Source of the DNA: an uncultured Pseudomonadota bacterium
GTDB taxonomy: Bacteria > Oederibacteriota > Muellerivitia > Muellerivitales > Muellerivitaceae
Assembly: GCA_963770835.1 (NCBI GenBank)
Contig: CAVYRH010000004.1
Span: 608,001 to 672,000, forward strand
Direction of reading: 5' to 3'
Length of the DNA: 64,000 nucleotides
This document shows positions 56,955 to 64,000 of the stretch, one piece after another. How positions within the stretch are numbered: the stretch's first letter is position 1; each line of letters begins with the position of its first letter. A program made the position numbers and the translations under genes. The notes beneath the pieces are model-generated. The model was not told the origin of the DNA, ran no database searches, and saw only the letters and a list, made by a program, of their open reading frames with translations.

Positions 56955-56970
56955 TATGACCAATGTCATA
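56955..56970. promoter_or_regulatory. TATGA-N6-TCATA site for the erythrin-like pair
   Basis: TATGAccaatgTCATA; -10 TAAAGT at 56991-96. Confidence 0.75.
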
Positions 56971-57035
56971 TTGAATTTGTGGAATTTTAATAAAGTGTCG
57001 CCAAGTTCTGCTCCAGAGGCCTAAAGGAAAAAAAC

Positions 57036-57542
57036 GTGACCCGCAAAATCAGTGAACTTTCACCCAAAGAGGTTCTCGCCTTGGCCATCAGCATTGAACA
57101 GGCCAATGGCCGTTTCCTAAGACAGTTTGCCGATGCCTTTGAGGGCAAGGACCCCCAAGTTTCCCGGCGGTTCCGGGAACTGGCGGAAGAAGAAGCCGTC
57201 CATGAGGAATGGCTGACGGAAAAATTTAAGCGGCGTTTTGAGGGACCGGTCCCGGCCGTCCCCTGGGTGAATGTGCAGGGCTTGGAGGACGCCGTGGAAT
57301 GGGCCCACCCCGGAATCCCGGTTTCCGAAGACCTGGAGGAGGAAGAAGTGTTCATCCTGGCTTTGGCGGCTGAAAAGAGGGCTAGTGAATTCTACCGGCG
57401 CGCGGGGTTGGCAACGATGGATAAGTCCCTCTTCCTACTTTTTCGCCAGCTCGTCGCGATGGAAAAAGGCCACGCGGACTGGCTCAAGGAACAGATTCAA
57501 GGCATGGGCGCGAAAAACGAAGCGGTGGGGGGCAAGTCATGA
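57036..57542 (+). CDS. Ferritin-like/rubrerythrin-family protein (MbfA N-domain-like), copy 1
   Basis: ELSPKEVLALAISIE, EEAVH, AEKRASEFY, EKGH di-iron ligands. Confidence 0.85.
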   Translation: MTRKISELSPKEVLALAISIEQANGRFLRQFADAFEGKDPQVSRRFRELAEEEAVHEEWLTEKFKRRFEGPVPAVPWVNVQGLEDAVEWAHPGIPVSEDLEEEEVFILALAAEKRASEFYRRAGLATMDKSLFLLFRQLVAMEKGHADWLKEQIQGMGAKNEAVGGKS

Positions 57543-58012
57543 CCCGCAAAATCAGCGAACTTTCACCCAAAGAAGTCCTTGCGCTCGCCGTCCGAATTGA
57601 ACAGGCCAACGGCAAACTCATGCGGAATTTCGCCGGAGCCTTCCTAAGTTACGATAAAAACGCGGCCGAGAAATTTCTGGAACTGGCGGAGGAAGAAGAC
57701 CTGCATGAGGCATGGCTGACGGAGAAATTCAAAAGAAGGTTCAAAGGGCTTATCCCCCCGATCAATGAGTTTGACGTCGAGGGCGTGAAGGAAGTCATCG
57801 AATGGGATGAGCCCAAAAGCCTCATCGTCGACGGCGTCGAGGCCGATAAAGTCTACCAATTGGCCTTGGAAGCCGAGAACCGGGCAAGATTGTTCTATCA
57901 GGAAGCGGGCACCGTCGCGGCGGACAAGTCCTTGATGCTGCTTTTCCGGCAGCTCGCCAAGATGGAGAACGACCATGCGGGCTGGCTGGAAGAAAAGATC
58001 CAAACGGCCTAG
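57539..58012 (+). CDS. Ferritin-like/rubrerythrin-family protein, copy 2
   Basis: Tandem paralogue; EEDLH, AENRARLFY, ENDH. Confidence 0.85.
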   Translation: MTRKISELSPKEVLALAVRIEQANGKLMRNFAGAFLSYDKNAAEKFLELAEEEDLHEAWLTEKFKRRFKGLIPPINEFDVEGVKEVIEWDEPKSLIVDGVEADKVYQLALEAENRARLFYQEAGTVAADKSLMLLFRQLAKMENDHAGWLEEKIQTA

Positions 58013-58368
58013 TGGGTGTAATCCTAAAAACTAAATGGATGGAGCTGGCGGCTCCATGGTCCTCACCACTGGCTGTAAAACGCCCGGCTAAAGCCCCCTC
58101 CAAGTTTGTTTAAAAATTGTAAATTGTGCCTTCCGCCAGCCCCTACCCCCAAGAATGCTTAAAAACTTCCTTACAATTGTGTTGTTTCCGCAAGGTTAGG
58201 AAGCCCCTAATGCCATTTTTTTCCTGCACAATCTTTAACTTACGAATAAAGATTGAAGTGAGAAACGGGAAAAATGTAAGATCGTGACAAGTTTTGAGGG
58301 TTCATCCACGCCAACCCAGGAACATTTTTACGCTCTAACTTTTAAGTTTTTTTAAGGAGGCAATACCC

Positions 58369-58602
58369 ATGTCTAAAAAATCGTTTACCGCTGTGGTGGG
58401 GGCTCTCGTAATGGCCCTTCTCCCACTCGCTTCGCACGCCCAATCCACCGGCGGCAACGCTCCCCTGGGAAGCAAACAAAACCCCATCAAACCAACGTCG
58501 ATCAATCCTGCGCCTGCCAACGGGAATTCCTCGGCCAAGGGAAAGCGCGGTTCCAAAACCAATCCCATCGCCGGAAGCGTTCATCCCAGGACAACGAATT
58601 AA
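58369..58602 (+). CDS. Small exported protein
   Basis: AAGGAGG RBS, signal peptide ending ASHA, repeated GSKxNPI. Confidence 0.7.
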   Translation: MSKKSFTAVVGALVMALLPLASHAQSTGGNAPLGSKQNPIKPTSINPAPANGNSSAKGKRGSKTNPIAGSVHPRTTN

Positions 58603-58721
58603 ATCTTCGGCCTCCTATCCAAATAAGGAATAAGAGGCTTCGTCGAAAAGAAAATTTATTTCCGCCTTTGATTTTTTAAAACTCAACCTCGCCTCTTCAA
58701 ATGAAATAAACGTTTGAATCC

Positions 58722-59711
58722 GTGAAGGATGTATCGCAAGTGACCCTAAAATTCGGAGCCCTTCTTTTACTTTTTATATCCACCCTGGGGTGGGTGTCGC
58801 CCGGATGGGGGGACGCGAAAAACCCTGAATCGCATTTTTCCCTTGTCCAGGGTTCAGTGAAGGTGGTCAGCGGCGGCGGTACGGTCCGTAAGGTCGCGGT
58901 CGGCGACACGGTTTATCCCGGGGAGACTGTCCAGGTTGGGAGCAAGTCCCAAGCCCAAGTCACCCTGTTCGACAGCTCCACCCTTGATTTGTCGGCCGAC
59001 ACCAAAATCACCCTTAGCAAACTCCAACAGCCTTCCTCGAACGACAAAGTAATCTCCATGAAACTCGCCTTGGGAAGGGTCTTCGCTCAGGTCAAAAAAC
59101 TGTTTTCCGCCAAGTCCACCTTCGAGATCGAGGCCGGAGGCGTGGTCTGTGGCGTCAGGGGCACGGCCTTTTCCATGGACTTCGATCCGAAGTCGAACAA
59201 GCTGGACCTGAATGTCTTCAATGGAAAAGTGTCCGCCACGAACGGGGGGAATACCCTGTTTTTCGGCGCCGGACAGCACTGCCATTTCTTGAACGGCCAG
59301 GCGACGGGGACCGGCGGCGGATCCAACAACAATGGCACGAAGAACAGCGGGAAGGGTGGAACCAACGGAGGGAATTCCAACGGGACTGGGGGAAATAATT
59401 CTGGATCAAATTCCAACGGTGGCACTTCGAGCTCCAATTCCAACGGCGGGAACGGTACGGGCTCCAATGAAAACAACGGCGGGACAAACGGAAACGGGAA
59501 CAACACCCAGGAAGGGAGCAACTCCGCGGCGGGGAACAATCCTCCCAATCCCGGCAATCCATCTCCCGGTTTGGACACCAACACCTGCCTGGGCGATCTC
59601 AACAACCAGTTCACCCAGGGCATCCTGATCAACGGGGATAACAACCTAAGTTCTGCCCAGCAAACCGTGAACATCCACTTGGTGGTTCCGGCCCGGGAGG
59701 CTGTTCCATGA
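58722..59711 (+). CDS. FecR-domain exported protein with Gly/Asn/Ser-rich linker
   Basis: GDTVYPGETVQVG, VCGVRGTAF, VFNGKV; low-complexity GNN tract. Confidence 0.82.
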   Translation: MKDVSQVTLKFGALLLLFISTLGWVSPGWGDAKNPESHFSLVQGSVKVVSGGGTVRKVAVGDTVYPGETVQVGSKSQAQVTLFDSSTLDLSADTKITLSKLQQPSSNDKVISMKLALGRVFAQVKKLFSAKSTFEIEAGGVVCGVRGTAFSMDFDPKSNKLDLNVFNGKVSATNGGNTLFFGAGQHCHFLNGQATGTGGGSNNNGTKNSGKGGTNGGNSNGTGGNNSGSNSNGGTSSSNSNGGNGTGSNENNGGTNGNGNNTQEGSNSAAGNNPPNPGNPSPGLDTNTCLGDLNNQFTQGILINGDNNLSSAQQTVNIHLVVPAREAVP

Positions 59712-60835
59712 ACCGGGAGCAAAGACCCCTATGTTTCATCGTCATCTTTTTGTCAGCTGTTTCGATGGCTTCGGCCCAAAGTTCCGCACCCACCCCCGTC
59801 GGAAAAATCGACGTAGGAGCCGAATACGTGGGGTGGGGAACGAATAACACCGGTTCCACAGGATCGGAAATCCTGGTGCCCCTGACCCTTTCGGCAATCC
59901 CTTGGGGCGGCGCCAAGATCTACGCCCAAACCGAATTCGCCAACGGTAGTTATAGCGATTCGGTCGTTGCCCCGGAAACCATAAACCTAAGCAACCTTTC
60001 AGATACTGTCCTTGGATTTGAAACCAACTTTAACAGCTTTTCTGTCCCTTCCATTCTGAACGTGGGTCTCAACATTCCCACGGGGGACCCGACTTGGGAA
60101 TTCAAACAGACAAACTCGATCGTTCCCACTTATTTCATCGATAGCGATTACCGGGGAAGGGGATTGGGTTTGAGCTGCCTTTATGGAATTTCCATGTCCG
60201 CTGGCAGCGAGCAGTACGGCCTAGCCGCCGGCTATCTTTACTCGGGAGCCTTCAATCCAGGCTACAGCTCGGCGGAGGCCGAGCAACTGAAACTGGGTGA
60301 TTCGGCCTTTCTTTCCATGAACCGGGTTGCCGACCGCGGCAACGGACAGACGGATGTCATCCGCCTCTCCGTTTTCTATTTCCTGGACACCCAAATTAAC
60401 GGCTCCAACCTGCTGCAAATGGGGCCCAACCTCAACGCCTCCTATGGCTGGCAGAACCCCAAGGCCCTGTCGTTTGAGGTGGGGGGGCAGTATTTCTTTC
60501 CGGCCCAACAGGCCGGCCAGTCGGTGAACCTGCTGGGAAGCCGTTTCTACGCCACCCCCAGTTACGCCTTTGGGGATTTCACCATTACCGGACAGTTTAA
60601 ATACGTCCTGTCCAACGGTTATTCCTCCAGCGATATCGGCCAGTACGTCGGCGGAGGCTGGCTGGCGGGGCTGGAACCTTCCTACAAATTCCAGCTGGAT
60701 AAATCCTCCTCGTTGCGGGTTTCGGCCTCATATGATTACGTCCACGCCACCGGCGGCGGCCTTTTTGACGGGAGCGTAGTGGACGTCGATTACGGGCACT
60801 GGACTTTCGGCACGCATTACGAGGTGAACCTATGA
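59708..60835 (+). CDS. Outer-membrane beta-barrel protein
   Basis: Signal peptide, LNIPTG, alternating strands, C-terminal HYEVNL; ATGA-coupled on both sides. Confidence 0.7.
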   Translation: MNREQRPLCFIVIFLSAVSMASAQSSAPTPVGKIDVGAEYVGWGTNNTGSTGSEILVPLTLSAIPWGGAKIYAQTEFANGSYSDSVVAPETINLSNLSDTVLGFETNFNSFSVPSILNVGLNIPTGDPTWEFKQTNSIVPTYFIDSDYRGRGLGLSCLYGISMSAGSEQYGLAAGYLYSGAFNPGYSSAEAEQLKLGDSAFLSMNRVADRGNGQTDVIRLSVFYFLDTQINGSNLLQMGPNLNASYGWQNPKALSFEVGGQYFFPAQQAGQSVNLLGSRFYATPSYAFGDFTITGQFKYVLSNGYSSSDIGQYVGGGWLAGLEPSYKFQLDKSSSLRVSASYDYVHATGGGLFDGSVVDVDYGHWTFGTHYEVNL

Positions 60836-63800
60836 CATCTCGAAAGGCAGCCGTCAGCCGTCAGTCCTCAGTCCTCATCAAGAACTTAAAACGAAAACTG
60901 CGGACATGGCTGGGACTTATCCCCACGGGGATTGTGTTGGCTGCCGGCACCTTGGCCCTCCTGGCCCACTGGGGATGCCATGGACCCGCCTCCAACCCCA
61001 CCTCACCCGGGGTAACGCCGCTAAGGGGATTTACTCTTAACTTCTCCGTGCCCCTGACCAATGAAATCAAGGCCAGCCTGCTCAACGTCTCCAGCAACGA
61101 GGTCCTCTACAACGTTACCGGCCCCAACATGTCGCCGGTCACGGGCGTGGCCGGTCCCTTTGGCACGAGTTCCAGTGTCGGCGCGGGGGAACTGGATTTT
61201 CCTATTGCTGTTCCCCAAGGTTCCGCCCGCCTGATCGCTTTTGAACTCACCAACGCCGCCAACGGCCAGCCTCTAGCCCTGGGCGCAGTCCAGACCGACA
61301 TCAGCGCCGGAGGCGTTAGCGATATCTGGGTGACAATGGGTTCGGTCATCCGCAACTGCTACGCGGTGGATACTTCGGCTTTCTTCCCCCCGGGGCCCGA
61401 TTCCGGAGCCGTCAGCAATGTTTATTTCACATTCAATAGCGACACCTTGTCCACAACGCCGACGGGAGATATGGCGGTGACCACCGTCCCTGGCGGCTTC
61501 AGCTTCGTGGCCCAATCCCCCAACCAGATCGCCTACATGGGGAACGGCCCCCTGGTCAATTTCACCTCAGCCCCCGGGACCTTCACCGGTTCCGGTCCCA
61601 CCCAGCTTCTCAAGACAGGGGACGTTTATTGTGTCAGCTTGGGGGCGGGTGCGGCAAACGGGTACGCCTGGGTGCAAGTCACAAACGCCAACGAAATCTT
61701 TAATATCAACAACATCACTTCGGTTTATTCCGCGGGACCGAAGTTCCTTTACCGGATCAACCACAGCCTGCCCTATTTCGCCTACGACGAGACTTCGGCG
61801 GACCAGAACTCCACCTGCTCCACGCCGGTTCCTACTTATACTTACATTCCCACCAATACCTTCACACCCACCCCCAGCCCAACCGTTACCAACACGCCCA
61901 CGATCACCGCCACCCCCACCGACACCGCGACGGCCACCATCACCGACACCCCCAGCTCACCCACCGCCACCTTCACCTACACTGTTTCCGACACCCCCAC
62001 CAACACCTCCTCGCCCACCAACTCCCCCGCTGTGGGGTCCCCGACCGCAACCTTTACTCCTTCCCCCACCGTTACCTCAACCTTCACTTTCACGCCCAGC
62101 CCCACCTTTGTGGCGGGCTATTTCGTCACGAGTTCCGCCACACCCCTGATAACGGACCCCAACAACGGGGCTTGGGAGAGTTTTGTTTTGACCATCAACG
62201 CCACTTCCAACGGAAACCCGGCCGTCAGTTACGCCTTGGTGACGGATTCGGCAAACAGCGAATACGCCTGGGTGGGTCCCTGGACCTACACAGGGAGCGG
62301 GACCAACTTCTCGGTGACCCTTACCGGAGGGGATTTCAACCTTTCCAATCCCGTGTCCACCTCCTTCTCGGTGGCCCTTTACAACGCCGCCCAGAACCAG
62401 CTTTTGGCTTCCTGTGTTCCAACGGGCGTCCCCGCCACCCTGGAGGCGCCGGAAGAGTATTTCTATTATGACTACGAGTACGAAAACGGCTATTACAACG
62501 TCATGGGCTGCGCGGCCACAGCGGAGGACGGGAACTGCCAGGGAGTAAGCTTCTATTCCTACCTGGAAGTCCACGGTTCGAACCCGGTGACGAGCTTGAT
62601 CGAGCTCATCGACACCTCCAGCAGCGTGACCGCTTTCCTGGGCCCGGTCACGGCTAGCAGTTACTTTAACGGTAACTGGTATCTTTCCCCGGCGCAGTTC
62701 GGAGTGACGGAAGTGGGGCAGCAGGCCCTGGCCCAGACGATCGTGGCCCAGCTGGTAGACGCTAATACGGACGCGGTTTTGGACGAGAAATCCTTAGGGA
62801 CTTTCAGCCTGGAATCTTCCTCCTCAGCCTATATCGCTTCCAGCGGCATTTCCATCCTGCAAACGGACCCGAACAACGGGGCCTGCCAGAGGTTTGTGTT
62901 GACCATCAACGCCGACGCGCCCACGGGCGTGTTGGAGACCAGCTACGCGGCCGTGACGGACATGGCCAACGGCCAGTACGCCTGGGTGGGCCCTTGGACC
63001 TACACGGGGAACGGCAACAGCTTCACGGTGACGATGACGGGCGGGGATTGGGACATCACCACCCCGACCCTGTCCTCGCTGAAGGTGCTCCTTTACGCCG
63101 ATAACCAGACCCAGTTCCTGGACAGCAATACCCCCGCGGGATCGCCCCTGACGCTGGAGTCACCGGAGGAGTATTTCTACAGTGACGACAGCTACTACGA
63201 GTACAACGCCCTGGGATGTGCGGTTACGGCGGAGGATGGGAACTGCCAGGGAGTCAGTTTTTATTCCTATCTGACAACCCCCAACGACGTACCCGTGACG
63301 AGCCTAATCGAGCTCATTGATACTTCTAACAGCGTGACGGCCTTCCTGGGCCCGGTGACGGGAACAGGCAGCGGCGATACCTGGTACCTTTCGCCGGCCC
63401 AGTTTGGTGTAACAGTAGTGGGGCAGCAGGCCCTGGGCCAGACGATCCTGGCACAGCTGGTGGACGCCAATACCCAGGCGGTCCTGGATGAGAAGCCCCT
63501 GGGAAGCCTGAACCTGGAATATCCTTCCTCGGCCTATATTGCCTCCAGTGCCATTTCCGTCCTGCAGACGGACCCGAACAACGGGGACTGCCAAAGGTTC
63601 GTGCTGACCATCGATGCCGACGCGCCCACAGGCGTGTCGGAGACCAGTTACGCGGCTGTGACAAATACGGCCAGCGGCCAGTACGTATGGGTGGGCCCCT
63701 GGACCTATACGGGGAACGGCAACAGTTTCACAGTGACGATGTCGGGTGGAGATTTGGACATCACCTCCCCGACCGACGTTTCGCTGAAGGTGCTCCTCTA

Positions 63801-64000
63801 CTCCGACAACCAGACCCAGCTCCTGGACAGCAATACGCCCGCGGGATCGCCCCTGACCCTGGAGGCGCCGGAGGAATATTTCTATAACGACGACGAGTAC
63901 GAAAACGGCTATTACAACGTCATGGGCTGCGCGGCCACCGCGGAGGATGGGAACTGCCAGGGGGTGAGTTTCTATTCCTACGTGCTTACCCCCAACGATG
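60832..64000 (+). CDS. Large repeat-containing surface lipoprotein (partial, >1050 aa, not in ORF track)
   Basis: Open frame from ATG 60832 to the window end; lipobox-like LLAHWGC; Thr/Pro linker ~61820-62110; ~236-aa tandem repeats. Confidence 0.85.
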   Translation, partial: MTSRKAAVSRQSSVLIKNLKRKLRTWLGLIPTGIVLAAGTLALLAHWGCHGPASNPTSPGVTPLRGFTLNFSVPLTNEIKASLLNVSSNEVLYNVTGPNMSPVTGVAGPFGTSSSVGAGELDFPIAVPQGSARLIAFELTNAANGQPLALGAVQTDISAGGVSDIWVTMGSVIRNCYAVDTSAFFPPGPDSGAVSNVYFTFNSDTLSTTPTGDMAVTTVPGGFSFVAQSPNQIAYMGNGPLVNFTSAPGTFTGSGPTQLLKTGDVYCVSLGAGAANGYAWVQVTNANEIFNINNITSVYSAGPKFLYRINHSLPYFAYDETSADQNSTCSTPVPTYTYIPTNTFTPTPSPTVTNTPTITATPTDTATATITDTPSSPTATFTYTVSDTPTNTSSPTNSPAVGSPTATFTPSPTVTSTFTFTPSPTFVAGYFVTSSATPLITDPNNGAWESFVLTINATSNGNPAVSYALVTDSANSEYAWVGPWTYTGSGTNFSVTLTGGDFNLSNPVSTSFSVALYNAAQNQLLASCVPTGVPATLEAPEEYFYYDYEYENGYYNVMGCAATAEDGNCQGVSFYSYLEVHGSNPVTSLIELIDTSSSVTAFLGPVTASSYFNGNWYLSPAQFGVTEVGQQALAQTIVAQLVDANTDAVLDEKSLGTFSLESSSSAYIASSGISILQTDPNNGACQRFVLTINADAPTGVLETSYAAVTDMANGQYAWVGPWTYTGNGNSFTVTMTGGDWDITTPTLSSLKVLLYADNQTQFLDSNTPAGSPLTLESPEEYFYSDDSYYEYNALGCAVTAEDGNCQGVSFYSYLTTPNDVPVTSLIELIDTSNSVTAFLGPVTGTGSGDTWYLSPAQFGVTVVGQQALGQTILAQLVDANTQAVLDEKPLGSLNLEYPSSAYIASSAISVLQTDPNNGDCQRFVLTIDADAPTGVSETSYAAVTNTASGQYVWVGPWTYTGNGNSFTVTMSGGDLDITSPTDVSLKVLLYSDNQTQLLDSNTPAGSPLTLEAPEEYFYNDDEYENGYYNVMGCAATAEDGNCQGVSFYSYVLTPND
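62120..64000 (+). repeat. Intragenic tandem repeat, period 711/705 bp
   Basis: TDPNNG codons start at 62152, 62863 and 63568. Confidence 0.9.

Noticed and set aside
62120..64000. Diversity-generating retroelement TR/VR pair
   Set aside because: Repeats are in-frame coding units, differences are not adenine-specific, and there is no reverse transcriptase in the window.

Overview
A 64-kb GC-rich chromosomal segment from a diderm bacterium. The Thr/Pro-rich exported proteins resemble those of FCPU426-like candidate phyla, but that is inference only. I found no rRNA, tRNA or CRISPR array. The window is dominated by signalling, redox and iron genes: an ECF sigma/anti-sigma pair with HtrA, ZIP and VIT1 transporters, hemerythrin, GGDEF/EAL proteins, a PAS kinase-RR-NtrC-RR-Crp/Fnr cluster, a TetR-TolC-HlyD-ABC exporter operon, an intact IS1595, a cytochrome c-Cyc2-like porin/cytochrome-Rieske-cytochrome b cluster, DosR-regulon-like genes, PPK2/CHAD, a heme-biosynthesis-type radical SAM enzyme, tandem erythrin-like proteins and a long repeat lipoprotein that runs off the right end. 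The strongest unexplained structure is non-coding. A palindrome TATGA-N6-TCATA occurs in at least 8 perfect and several near-perfect copies, usually 20-22 bp before a -10 hexamer. A second palindrome, TATGGCG-N4-CGCCATA, precedes each of three sigma-54 promoters. Together they outline a probable two-tier oxygen/redox regulon (NtrC/sigma-54, then a Cys-rich Crp/Fnr) that includes a Cyc2-bc-complex electron-transfer cluster. A four-copy ~140-bp MITE-like family and many intergenic repeat hairpins are also present. Motif counts were made by eye and family calls rest on recognisable motifs, not database searches.
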